From: Mobula hypostoma
Taxonomy: Eukaryota
Assembly (NCBI RefSeq): GCF_963921235.1
Contig: NC_086118.1
Span: forward strand, 27,096,001 to 27,160,000
Direction: 5' to 3'
DNA length: 64,000 nucleotides
The notes beneath the pieces are model-generated. The model saw only the letters and a list, made by a program, of their open reading frames with translations, had not been told where the DNA came from and searched no databases. Below are positions 48,886 through 61,995 of this stretch, in pieces; positions within the stretch are counted from its first letter, which is position 1; every line of letters begins with the position of its first letter. Position numbers and translations under genes: made by a program.

Positions 48886-50440
48886 CAGCAGCCGACCCTG
48901 CTAGTATCAATCAAGCTTATTTTAAGACCAACCACATCCACCAGCTGTCCTCACTGCTACTCTGTTTTGTGGTGCTTTCTGTTTCTTTTGTGCTTAATCA
49001 CTGTTCTGCTATTCCATAAGGTAACAACATATATGATTGTGGTGTCCATCGGTTCTTTAGTATTGCTACTTGCGAAGACATGTAACAAAGGCTGAAATAA
49101 CAAAAAGACATCTCTTCCAGATAGTGGCTGGTATAACAATTCATCAAAATTATATCATTCAGTTCCTGAACAGAAGTATACACTATGTACACTATAATAG
49201 TTTTTTTCTGTTTTTCTTCAGCATGTTACTAATCTAACTAGATTATTAGAAGTCTCGTGAGTAAGGAATAATGTAGAAAGCATATATATAGGCCAAACAA
49301 CCAGACTGCAGAACATTAATTATAATAGATTTCCGCCAGGAACAGTGAGAAGACACTACAGATAAATCTGCGAGGAACTAACTCATTTAATGCCTGTTAA
49401 TATGTTTAAACTACGTTTGATTGAGTGGTGGTTTAATGCAAACTTGAAAAGAAGGATGTCACCAGTAATTGTTGAAATTAAAAGGGCAGACGATGTTTAT
49501 AATGTAAACAGACAGAAATCCGTTTTTGGCTGGACTGGTCTTGAACAACATAAGAAAATATAAATGGAGCTGAATAGGATCCAATCTTGTAAATGATCGC
49601 TTAACCAGTTGGCTGCTAACCAAGTTATGGAGATTTGCACTTATAAAATTCACAAATCACCATCCAAACATTTGACATGCAGAACAAAATGCACTTACAT
49701 GGAACGTGTGAGAAAAATAAGTTAATACAGCAGGACAATTTTTTTTCAGCTCGCTTTTCCTAAAAATTGTGATACAAACTGAAATCCAGGATTTCAATTC
49801 TCTTATCTTACAGTGTTTGCCTGTAGATATTGTTTTCACAAATTTGGGATGAACTAATAAATGAAATATTGATATTGACTTTCCTCCTAGCAGCGTATTG
49901 CCTGGGTTCCCATATAATCAATTTGCACTGAAACTTCAGTGGTGGTGTCTTGAATGGCCACTTGTTAGAACCATAGAACCACAGAACACTACAGCACAGA
50001 AAACAGGCCATTTGGCCCTTCTAGTCTGTGCTGAAACTTTATTCCGCTAGTCCCATTGACTTGCACCCAATCCATAACCCTCCAGACCTCTCCCATCCAT
50101 GTATCTATCCAAGTTATCCTTAAAGCTTAATAGTGAGCCCGTATTTACCACATCAGATGGCAGCTCATTCCACACTCCCACCACTCTGAGTGAAGAAGTT
50201 CTCCCTAATGTTCCCCCTAAACCTTTCCCCTTTCACCCTAAAGCCATGTCCTCTCATATTTATCTCTCCTAATCTAAGTGGAAAGAGCCTACTTGCATTT
50301 ACTCTGTCTGTACCCTTCATAATTTTGTAAACCTCTATCAAATACCCCTTCACTCTTCTACGCTCCAAGGAATAAAGTCCTATCCGGTTCAATCTTTCCC
50401 TGTAACTCAACTCCTGAAGACCCGGCAACAGCCTAGTAAA

Positions 50441-51683
50441 AATGCCATCCCCTTCTCGCAATTCCTCCGTCTCCGCCGCATCTGCTCTCAGGATGAGGCT
50501 TTTCATTCTAGGACGAAGGAGATGTCTTCCTTTTTTAAAGAAAGGGGCTTCCCTTCCTCCACTATCAACTCTGCTCTTAAACGCATCTCCCCCATTTCAC
50601 GTACATCTGCTCTCACTCCATCCTCCTGCCACCCCACTAGGAATAGGATTCCCCTGGTCCTCACCTACCACACCACCAGCCTCCGGGTCCAACATATTAT
50701 TCTCTGTAACTTCCGCCACCTCCAACGGGATCCCACCACTAAGCACATCTTTCCCTCCCCCCCCCTGCTTTCCGCAGGGATCGCTCCCTACGCGACTCCC
50801 TTGTCCATTCGTCCCCCCCATCCCTCCCCACTGATCTCCCTCCTGGCACTTATCCGTGTAAGCGGAACAAGTGCTACACATGCCCTTACACTTCCTCCCT
50901 TACCACCATTCAGGGCCCCAAACAGTCCTTCCGGGTGAGGCAACACTTCACCTGTGAGTCGGCTGGGGTGATATACTGCGTCCGGTGTTCCCGAGGTGGC
51001 CTTTTATATATTGGCGAGACCCGACGCAGACTGGGAGACGGCTTTGCTGAACACCTATGCTCTGTCCGCCAGAGAAAGCAGGATCTCCCAGTGGCCACGC
51101 ATTTTAATTCCACATCCCATTCCCATTCTGACATGTCTATCCACGGCCTCCTCTACTGTAAAGATGAAGCCACACTCAGGTTGGAGGAACAACACCTTAT
51201 ATTCCGTCTGGGTAGCCTGCAACCTGATGGCATGAACATCGACTTCTCTAACTTCTGCTAATGCCCCACCTCCCCCTCGTACCCCATCTGTTTCTTATTT
51301 TTATACACACATTCTTTCTCTCACTCTCCTTTTTCTCCCTCTGTCCCTCTGAATATACCCCTTGCCCATCCTCTGGGCCCCCCCGTTGTCTTTCTTCCTG
51401 GACCTCCTGTCCCATGATCCTCTCGTATCCCTTTTGCCTATCACCTGTCCAGCTCTTGGCTCCATCCCTCCCCCTCCTGTCTTCTCCTATCATTTTGGAT
51501 CTCCCCCTCCCCCTCCAACTTTCAAATCCCTTACTCACTCTTCCTTCAGTTAGTCCTGACGAAGGGTCTCGGCCTGAAACGTCGACTGCACCTCTTCCTA
51601 GAGATGCTGCCTGGCCTGCTGCGTTCACCAGTAACTTTTATGTTTGTTGCTTGAATTTCCAGCATCTGCAGAATTCCTGTTGT
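50441..51683 (+). mobile_element. 5'-truncated Penelope copy with 13-bp TSD
   Basis: ACAGCCTAGTAAA at 50428-50440 and 51684-51696. RT thumb, Cys linker, GIY-YIG (ORF 50935-51261) and pLTR. Confidence 0.93.
51551..51588 (+). ncRNA. Minimal hammerhead ribozyme
   Basis: TAGTC-CTGACGA-AGGGTCTCGGCCT-GAAACGTC-GACTG. Confidence 0.78.
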
Positions 51684-54627
51684 ACAGCCTAGTAAATCTT
51701 CTCTGCACTCTTTCAATCTTACTGATATCCTTCCTATAATTAGGTGACCAGAACTGCACACAATATTCCAAATTTGGCCTCACCAATGTCTTATACAACC
51801 TTACCATAACATCCCAGCTCCTATACTTAATATTTTGATTTGTGAATGCCAGGATGCCAAAAGCCTTCTTTACAACCCTGTCTACCTGTGACGCCACTTT
51901 CAGGGAATTATGTATCTGAACTCCCAGATCCCTTTGTTCCTCCGCACTCCTCAGTGCCCTACCATTTACTGTGTATGTCCTACCTCAATTTGTCCTTCTA
52001 AAATGCAAGAACTCACACTTGTCTGCATTAAATTCTATCTGCCATTTAATGGCCTATTTTTCTAGTTGGTCCTGATCCCTCTGCAAGATTTGAAAGCCTT
52101 CCTCACTGTCCACAACGCCTCCAATCTTAGCGTCATCAGCAAACTTGCTGATCCAATTTACCACATTATCATCTAGACCATTGATATAGACAACAAACAA
52201 CAATGGTCCCAGCACAGATCCCTGAGGCACACCACTAGTCACAGGCCTCCAGTCTGAGAAGTAATCATCCACTACCACTCTCCGTTTTCTCCCACACAGC
52301 CAATTTCGAATCCAGTTTACAACCTCTCCATGGATACCTAGTGTCTGAACCTTCTAAACTAACCTCCCATGTGGGACCTTGTCAAAGGCCTTACTAAAGT
52401 CCATGAAGACAACATCCACAGCTTTTCCTTTATCTATTTTCTTGGTAACCTCCTCGAAAAACTCTGTAAGATTCGTTAAACACGATTTACCACACAAAAA
52501 GCCATGCTGACTGTCCTTAATCAGCCATTGGCTGTCCAAGTACTTGTATATCCGATCTCTCAGAACACCTTCCAATAATTTACCTATTACTGATGTCAGG
52601 CTCACTGGCCTGTAATTACTTGGTTTACTTTTGGAGCCTTTTTTAAACAACGGAACGACATGAGCTACCCTCCAATCCTCTGGCACTGCACCCATGGCTT
52701 GTTTAGTTTGTTATCAAACCTGTCTAGGCTCTCAATGTTTGATTGACATTGAAAAATTGTTATAAGTCAAGAAAAAGACAAGTAATATCAAATGGAAAAA
52801 TAAAAGTTAAAGGAAACATTTAAGAACACTTCTAAACGAGTAAACCAAACTTAGCTAATTGAAAAAAAATATAAAAAATATATGGCCAAGTACCTTGTAC
52901 CTACTAATTGTTCTGTTACATCAGTAAAGATTTGCAGAATGACTGCAGCTTCATACTCTGCTGCCAGACTCTGAAGACCCAACCATGATGCTCAATCCTA
53001 AAAACCTTAGTGAAAGTCTGCCAGAAAAATTTGCCAATGAACTTGTAACTTATGGTAAATGGTACTGTCAGCATTCCCCATTTCCCCATACTGTGTAAGC
53101 TATTGTCTCTCTCCTTCCTCAAAACAAGAAAAAAGGTTGTTAATTATGACCTGCACAAAGGAGAATTCCTGGGAAACATCCACATTCCAGCTCAAAAGTA
53201 TATGGAGAGCAGATCTCAGTTTATCAATGGATCTGAAAGGTGAGAGATATATTCAGACGTGCAGTACTCATAGTGTTTTACTTGTTATGTGTTGTGATCT
53301 TGTGAAAAAGTTATGCCAAACAAGCTTTAACAAAAATTAGACCACTTTAAGACCTCATTTACAAGACTTCCTATTTTATACAGTAATAGTTAAAACCAAG
53401 GCAGACTGCCTTCAATTGCCAGTTTGCACTTTTCAGCCCTAATATCTGGAGTAGAGTGTGAAGCAGAAGAATGTGCCATAGTTGTCACCCAATTTAGTTC
53501 CACAGAAATGTTGGTTCTTTCATATTAGATATTCGTTGTTAAATGCCTCATTGCTTCTCTGTTGTTGTGTAGTTTGACTATAATGAATAAGCCAATTCCT
53601 GATTGAAGCATGACGAAGATGGAATTAGTGTAACATAAAAATTGTGAACTCTGTTGCCTCGCTTTGATCGATTCAACCTTAATCATTGCACTTTTCATGA
53701 CGTATCAATGATAGTGGACATCATACAGTATAAATCAATTTCAGAAAATAAATTCAAAGTGCTGAAAATAAGAATGCTGAAGACACTGATCCTGCACATT
53801 ATCATTTGAAATGATAAAAGAAGAACATGAAAAAACATAATTCATATTGGATTTTTAACTTCTGCTGATTTGCTTTTCTTTTCAACTTTGCAGTTTTACA
53901 ATTTGTAAAATTTTAGCTGACTGATCTTGTTATGAACTTGGAAATTTCCAAGAGATTCAAAAGTTGAATATAAGTAAAGAATTGGAGTAAAATGGAAATG
54001 TGTCATGGCTGTTTATTTAACACAGGATCAGAATCAGGTTTAATATCACTGACAAATTTGCTGTTTTGCTGCAACGGTACAATGCACTACATAATAACTA
54101 TAAATTAGAATAATAAATATATATTCTGAAAGATTAAAAAGGATAGAAGAGGCCATCAAATGTGATTTTTAATTGCTTTGTCATGGAATTGTAGCCTCAA
54201 ACTAATTTATCCTGTTCTATCCTATTAGATCAGTTGTTACAGCTCCTTCATTAGAATATGTTCACATAGCACCCAGCTAACTTTTCTATAAATATTTGGG
54301 GCTTTGCTTGCCAGTCCTGAATCCAATTTACCCTGGTCAGATTGGTTCTTATGCACTAAAATTGACTCTTGTGCAGATTTATATTTAAATGTTGCATGCT
54401 CCTTGTAGTTTCTTACAGCAAATCTAAACATTGTCGTACAGTATGATGAATGTTCCCTGTCTGATATTTGCTTTGCTTGACCTACTTCATTCTCCCGCAT
54501 AAGGTCCAGTATTCCCAGCTCCATCACAGGGTCAGATATGCACTGCTGCACAAGGTTTTTTTCTGAACCTACCTGTAATTTTTCTTCTGATCTCCCCTCC
54601 AAGCTTTTATCCCATTCAAAATTATAC

Positions 54628-55115
54628 GTGTCGAAGAAGCTTATGAGAGGAAAAAGACCAAGTACTCCGAACTGGCAACGGAAGCTGCCCAGAATGGCTG
54701 GAAGACCAAGATTTTCCCTGTAGAAGTGGGATGCAGGGGATTCGTTGCTACATCTACGACCAATCTATTGAAGAAGATGGGGGTGAGGGGTCACTCCCTC
54801 CAACAAGCAATCAAGTCCTTGTCAAATGCAGCAGAAGAAAGCAGCAATTGGATTTGGATTAAAAGGAAAGACAACAACTGGGCTGCAAGATGAAGACAGG
54901 AGGGTATGGAACTGAGGGGGTGTATCTGGGACGCCAGGTAGCACCGTTGAGCCCTCTGGAGACGTCGTGGGCTTATCAACGAAACGTCAAAGAAGGAGGG
55001 TGCCCACCTGATGACCCCGATGACGTACCTCCCCTCCCTCCTTGTCACCACTCCAAGCCCACTGCCAACATCGAGAGTGCTGACTTACCATAGGGATTGA
55101 AACATCAAGTCCTAG
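54628..55115 (+). mobile_element. Hero/R2-like RLE LINE 3' end, well preserved
   Basis: Open frame 54630-54893 reads VEEAYERKKTKYSELATEAAQNGWKTKIFPVEVGCRGFVATSTTNLLKKMGVRGHSLQQAIKSLSNAAEESSNWIWIKRKDNNWAAR*, followed by a structured 3' UTR. Confidence 0.85.
54961..55023 (+). ncRNA. Candidate permuted hammerhead-like ribozyme
   Basis: GACGU-C-GUGGGC-UUAUC-AAC-GAA-ACGUC...GCCCAC-CUGAUGA-CCCC-GAUGA. Confidence 0.6.
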
Positions 55116-56034
55116 TCACTCTACTATACTAATTGAAGTTCATCACAACATCACTCTATATATTTCTTCCTTTCTGTAATTCTGTGCATCTTTAAAAAAT
55201 ATGAGATGGTTGACTGTAGACTACATATTTATTTCTTTAAATTTGGTTTTATTGATTCAGTTCTTGACCTCTTTAGGAGCATTACCAGTCCTGAGCCAAA
55301 ATATTATACTTGATTAATACTAATATCTTCCCATCCTTCCTTCTCAATCTCTCTTCAACAGTTTTGATCTAGGAGAGTTTATACCCCATCTTGCTCTCCA
55401 CCAATAGAAGTCTCTATAATTGGCAAAAACTTATGTTTCTTTGTGATTATTTGTGCTTGTGAATTATAAACTTTACACTTAGTGTGTGTAAACATGTGCA
55501 TTGTATAGACACGTTGATACTTCACATACTGCCTTTTACTCTTAGTCTGACGACAAATGTTCCAGATTTGTTGAGATGTAAGCCTACCAGCTAAGAATCA
55601 GAGCCATACAGCAAGAAAACTAACCCTGCCACTCAATGGCTGCTTGCTCGTTATCAAACACCAATTTACAGTCATTCTGCAGTAATTCCCTGTTAGTCTC
55701 CCCATATCCTCATCAGCTTTAACCATTATTTCCAAACGAGGGACAACGAGGGACAATTTAGAGTGTCCAGTTAAACTAGAAACTACCAGGACTTTGATGT
55801 GGTATGAAATTGGACTACACAGAACATAGGATAGGACAGCACAGTGTAGGCACTTTAGCCTATGATTTTGTGCCAGCTTTTAAACTTACATCATGCTCAA
55901 TCTAATACTTCTCTCCCACTTTTCATTTTTCTTTCATCAACATGCTTACCTGAGTGTCTCTTAAATGGTCCTCATGTAATTGACTTTATCACTACCCCTG
56001 ACAGTGTATCAGTGTATTCTGTTCACTTATCACT

Positions 56035-57040
56035 CTCAGTCACCTGGACCAGATGACATACACCCCAGGGTACTAAAAGAGGTGGCTCAAGAGATTGTGA
56101 AGGTATTAGTCATGATCTTTCAATTATTGATAGATTCTGGCATGCTTCCGGAAGAATGGAAAATTGGAAATGTCACTCTACTCTTCAAGAAGGGAGTGAG
56201 GCAGAAGAAAGGAAATTATAGTCTAGCTAGTCTAAACTCAGTGCTTGGGAAGATGTTGAAACCAATTGTTAAGGATGTGGTTTTGGGGTACTTGGAGACA
56301 CATGATAAAATAGGCCATAGTCAGCATAATTTCCTTAAAGGAAAATCTTAATGACTATCAGTTGGAACTCTATGAAGAAATAATGAGCAGGATAGAAAAT
56401 GATGAATTGGTGGATGTTATGTACATGGATTTTCAGAAGGCCTTTGACAAAGTGACACACATGAGGCTGCTTTACCAAGTTAAGTTATTAAAGGAAAGAC
56501 ACTAGAATGAACAGAGTATTGGGTGACTGGCAGAAGATGCAGGGTGGGAATAAAGAAAGCTTTTCCTGGTTGGCTGCCAGTGACGATTGGTGTTCCACAG
56601 GAGTATGTGTTGTGACCGCTTCTTTTTACATTATATGTCAATGACTTGGATGGTGGAATTGATGGCTTTGAGGGCAAGTTTGCGCAAGATACAAAGATAG
56701 GTGGAAGGGCAGGTAGTTCTGAGGAAGTAGAGGGGCTATAGAGGGACAAGGGCAGATTAGGAGAATGGGCAAATAAGTGGAAGATGGAATACAGTGTCTG
56801 GAAGTGTTTGGTCGTGCACTTCAAAGAAGGAATAAACAGAGAGAAATTTCAAAAATCAGAGGTGCAAAGGGACTTGGGAGTCATAGTGTAGGATTTCCTA
56901 AAGGTTAACTTGTAGGTTGAGTCAGTGGTGAAAAAAGCAAATGTGATGTTAGCAGTCATTTTGAAAGGACTAGAATATAAAAGCAGAGATATCATGTTGA
57001 GGCATTATAAAGCACAGGTGAGGCCTCATTTGGAGTATTG
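56035..57040 (+). mobile_element. Decayed CR1 RT fragment
   Basis: Reads SPGPDDIHPRVLKEVA..PEEWK.GNVT.LFKKG..GNY, DFQKAFDKV and KFAQDTK. Confidence 0.85.
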
Positions 57041-57900
57041 CATCAGGACACCTTTCTAAACACACCTAACAAACTCCACCCCATCTGTACCCCTTGCGCT
57101 AAGGAGATGTCAATCAACATTAGGAAAGTTAAAATCTCCCATCACGACAACCCTATTATTATTGCACTGTTCCAGAACCTGCCTCCCTATCTGCTTCTCA
57201 ATATCCCTGTTACTATTGGGGGAGGGGTCTATAAAAACACCCAGTAGAGTTATTTTTCCTTTTCTCTTTCTGACTTCCACCCACACTGACTCAGTAGTCA
57301 ATCCCTCCATAACTTCCTCCTTTTCTGCAGCTGTGACACTATAACCTAATTAGCAATGCCGTGCCCCCACCTCTTTTGCCCCCCACTCTGTTCTTTTTGA
57401 AACATCTAAAGTCTGGCACACTCAGCAGCCATTCCTGCCTGAGACATCCAAGTCTCTGTAATGGCCACAACATCACAGTTCCACGCATTGATCCATGCTC
57501 TAAGTTCATCCGCCTTGTTTATGATACTCCTTGCATTAAAATAGACACATCTCAAACCATCAGGCTGAGTGCATCTTTGCTCTAACGTCTGCCTATCCTT
57601 CCCCACAAACTCCCGACAAGCTGTCTCTACTTGTGCGCCAACCTCCCCATCCTCTGCCTCCTCACTTCGGTTCCCACTCTCTGCAAACCTAGTTTAAACC
57701 CTCTCCAATAGCAATAGCAAACCTCCCCTCCAGGATATTGGTGCCCCTTGGATTCAAGTGCAACCCATCCCTTTTGTACAGGTCACACCTGCCCCAGAAG
57801 AGGTCCCAATGATCCAAAAAGCTGAATTCCTACCCCCTGCTCCAATCCTTCAGCCACGCCAATCCTCCAACTCATTCTATTCCTATACTCACTGTTGCAT
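57040..57900 (-). mobile_element. CR1 ORF1 end and endonuclease fragment
   Basis: Reads LRCVYFNARSIINKADEL..DVVAITETW and ESVWVEV..VVMGDFNFPN.DW. Confidence 0.85.
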
Positions 57901-58489
57901 GCAACATGAAGCTCTCTATATGAATTGATTGGTCTGCCGCTAATGTTGCATTCATTGTATTATTTTCATTAAAATGTATCTCATATAAATGAAATCAATA
58001 TTTGAAGACTTTAATTTACACTGTTACAATTATTAATATGCTTGCCTCAAACACACTTCCAGGAAATATGTTAAAATATATTGCACTTGCATGCAATTTT
58101 CATGGATTGTTCTACATTAATAATGGAAATTGTCAAATCAACTAGTCTGCTGTAAGTAAGCTTTTTGTTGTGGTGTCTTAATCTGTATAGTAATATTTCC
58201 TAAGTCCTTGTCCTGTACTGTGGAGAAACAGCTCAACTCCAGCTATCTCTGCTGCCTGCAACATTGAAGCATTACCCATTGGGAATATAAAATTAAGATA
58301 TTACATGGATGTGGTCAGAATCCAATCTCAGATATTGCTTTGATCAAGCGGCTAATCTGGACACTTGGAAGTTTAGAGAGGAGAGGACTTCAATCAGGTC
58401 CACTGACTGAGGATAAAAGGCAGAAGCAGTTTGCAGCAGCGTAACAGAGCTTTGACCAATGGCCATTCAGCATTTGGGATTAATTAGTA

Positions 58490-61400
58490 AAAGCAAATTA
58501 AAGGAATGCAGGGGTGAGTGCAGTGGCTGTCGTTTGAGTGGACATAGTCAGAGTGGAGATGTAAAGGTTTTAGCTTTTCGAGGCTTCAGCAAAGAGAGGC
58601 TTCATTCAGCAAAAACAAAGGACAGCAAAGCTCAAGATTTTTCCTTCTCTTCTTTACATCTGCTTGGCTAGGTAGAGACGACAGGCAGGATAGTGCAATG
58701 CTCCTCTTGCGGGATGTGGGGAGGCAGGGAGACTTCCACTATCCCTGACCACTACAACTGCGAGAAGGACATCCAGCTGCAGCTTCTAACAAACTGTGTT
58801 ACGGAGTTGGAGCTGGAACTGGATGAACTCTGGATCATTCAGCAGCCGAAAGGGGTAATAGATAGGACATATGGAGAGATAGTTACACCCAAGGTGCATG
58901 ACAGAGGAAACTGGGTGAGTCACGAAGGGGAAGGCGGTCAAGAAGCCAGTGCAGAGTACCCCTGTGGCCATCTCCCTCAGTAGCAGGTATATCACTTTAG
59001 ATACTGTCGGGGGCGGTTCGGAGGGACCTAACAGAGAAAAGTCACAGTGGTCGGGTCTCTGGCACTGAGTCTGTCTCTGTCACTCAGAAGGAAAGAGAGA
59101 AAAAGATAGGGGATCCATTAGTTAGGGGAGCGGACAGGAGATACTGTGGGTGAGAAGGAGATTCCCAGATGGTATGTGGCCTCCTGGGTGCCAGGGTCCA
59201 GGATATCTCAGACTGAGTCCTCAGCATTCTTAAGAAGTCTTGTCCATGTAGGTACTAATGGCATGGGTAGGACAAGTGATGATGTTCTGCATAGGAAGTT
59301 CAGGGAGTTTGGTGACAATTTAAAGAGCAGGACCACCAGGATTGTGATCTCAGGATTGGTTCCTGTACCACATGCTAGTGAGGCTAGAAGTTAAGAAGAT
59401 TACACAGTTTAATATGTGGCTAGTGAGTTGGTGCAGGAGGGAGGGCGTAAGATTTTTGGATCATTGGACTCTCTTCCAGGGAAGGTGGGACCTGTACAGA
59501 AGGGACAGTTTACACGTGATCTGGAGGGGGACTAATATCCTAGCTGGAAGGTTTGTTAATCCTGTGTGGTGGGGTTTAAACTAAAGTTGCAGGGGCATGG
59601 GATCCAGATTGCCAGAACAGTTAGTGGAGAGGTTGTGGAGGCAGATTTTGGTAAGACCTCAGACAAAGTTAAGAATTAAGGGGTTAAGCATGGTGCAACA
59701 AAATTGAAAAGGGTGAAGGTGTTGTATCTGAATGTGCGCAGTGTACAGAATAAGGTAGATGAACTTGCAGCACAGTTGCAGATTGGCAGGTATGGTGTTG
59801 TTGGCATCACAGAATCATGGTTGAAAGATTATTGTTGGGAGCTTAATGTCCAAGGATACATATTGTATTGTAAGGATAGGCAGGAAGGCAAAGAGGGTGG
59901 CTTTGCTCTGTTGGTAAGAAATGAGATCAAATTATTACAAATGTAGAAAGAGGTGACATAGGGTTGGAAGGTGTTGAATCTTTGTAGATAGAGCTAAGGA
60001 ACTGCAAGAGTAAAAAGACCCGTGGGAGTTGTATACAAACCCCCAAACAACAAATAAGGCTGACTAATTACAATGGGAGATAGAAAATGGATGCCAAAAG
60101 GACAATGTTATAAAGTCGTAGGGGATTTCAATATGCAGGTAGATTGGGAAAATCTGGTTGGTGCTAGATTCCAGGAAGGGGAATTCCTAGAGTGCCCTTG
60201 AGATGGCTTTTTAGAGCAGTTTGTGTTTGGGCTCACCAGAATATCAATTATTCTGGATTGGGCTTTGTGTAGTGAACCAGAATTGATTAGAGAGCTTAAG
60301 GTAAAGGAACTCTTTGGAGATGGTGATCATCATATGATCAAATTCACCCTGAAATTTGAGAAGGAGAAGCTAAAATTGGATGTACCTGCATTATAGTGGA
60401 GTAAAGGGAATTACAGAGGTATGATAGAGGAGTTAGTCAGAATTGATTGGAAAAGAACACTGCTAGGGATGAAGGCAGAGCAGCCATAGCTGGAATTTTT
60501 GGATGCAATTTGGACGGCACAGGATAAATACATCCCAAAGAGGAAAAATTACTCTAAAGGAAAGATGACACAACCGTGGCTAACAAGAGAAGTCAAAACC
60601 AACATAAAAGGGCATATAATAGAACAAAGATTAGTGGTAAATTAGAGGATTGGGAAGCTTTTAAAAACCAACAGAAAACTGAAAAAGTCATCAAGAAGGT
60701 AAAGATGGAATACAAAAGTAAGCTAGTCAATAATATTACAGAGGATACACGAAGTTTCTTCTGATACATAAAGTGTAAAAAAGAGACGAGAATGGATATC
60801 AGATGATGCTGGAAAGATAGTAATGGGGGACAACAAAATAGTGTACAAACTGAATAAGTATTTTGCATCAGTCAGTCTTCACTGTGGAAGATACTATCAG
60901 TATGGTGGAAGTTCCAGCTGTCAGGGGTCAGAAGTGTGGGAAGTCACCACTGCTAGAGAGAAGGTTCTTGGAAAACTGTAAGGTCTGAAGGTAGATAAGT
61001 CACCAGGACCTGATGATATACACCCCAGAATCCTGAAGGAGGTGGCTGAAGAGATTGTGGAGGCATCAGTAATGATCTTTCAGGAATCACTAGATTCTGG
61101 AATGGCTCCGGAAGACTGGAAAATTGTAAATGTCTCTCCACTCTACCAGAAGGGAGGGAGACAGAACAAAGGAAATTATAAGCCAGTTAGTCTGACCTCG
61201 GTGGCTGGGAAGATGTTGGAGTTGATTATGTATGAGGTCTCTGGGTACCTGGAGGCACAGGATAAAATAGGCCATAGTTTCCTCAAGGGAAAATCTTGCC
61301 TGAAAAACCTGTTGGAATCTTTTGAAGAAGTAAGAGGCAGGGTAGAAAGCAGAATCGATTGATGTTGTGCTTTTGGATTTCAGAAGGCTTTTGTCAAGGT

Positions 61401-61995
61401 CCACACATGTGGCTGCTGAACAAGCTTCAAGCCTGTGGTATTACAGGAAAGATTCTAGCATGGATAAGGTTTGGGCTGCTTATCATAGAAAGGATATGAT
61501 GAAACTGGAAGGGGTTCGAAGGAGGTTCACAAAGATTATTCCAGGATTGAATAGCTTGTCATATTAAGGGTGTCTGATGGCTCTGGGCCTGTATTCACCA
61601 GAATTCAGAAGAATGAGGGGTGACATCATTGAAACCTATCGAATGGTGAAAGGCCTTGATAGAGTGGATGTAGAGAGTATGTTTCCTATGCTGGGATAGT
61701 TTAAGACCAGAGGACACAGCCTCAGAATAAAGGGACACCTTTTTAGAATGGAGCTGAGGAGGAATTTCTTTAGCGTGGTGAAGCTGTGGAATTCTTTGCC
61801 ATAGGCCACTGTGGAAGCAAGTTTTTATGTATATTTAAAGCAGAGGTTGATAGATTCTTGATTATTCAGGGCATGAAGGGATACGGGGAGAAGGTAGGAG
61901 AATGGGGCTGAGAGGAAAATTCGATCAGCCATGAGCAGACTAGATGAGCTAAATGACCTAATTCTGCTCCTATACCTTATGGTTTTATGGTCTAA
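58490..61995 (+). mobile_element. Near full-length but decayed CR1 LINE (5' UTR, zinc-finger/esterase ORF1, ORF2, tail)
   Basis: Reads QCSSCGMW..C..IQLQLL..V.ELELELDEL, HVGTN (SGNH esterase), VLYLNVRSVQNKVDEL and PEDWK..VSPLYQKG. Large RT deletion near 61467. Tail TCCTATACCTTATGGTTTTATGG. Confidence 0.88.

Larger units (their letters stand above)
49965..52700 (-). mobile_element. CR1 LINE ORF2 3' half interrupted by Penelope
   Basis: ORFs 52354-52695, 52054-52278 (KFADD), 51625-51897 and 50165-50506. Tail (GGTTCTAT)n at 49965-49990. Confidence 0.9.

Noticed and set aside
47327..49839. Minus-strand host exons near 47327-47561, 48957-49165 and 49698-49760
   Set aside because: Stops in the plausible frames, no consistent phase chain and no recognisable protein.
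18124..51692. Recurring ORFs such as LPSVSPDEGSRPETSTAPLPRDAAWPAAFTSNF and its antisense MLVNAAGQAASLGRG
   Set aside because: These are translations of the Penelope pLTR. The apparent PDEG..PETST conservation is the hammerhead core (CTGACGA..GAAACGTC), not a protein.
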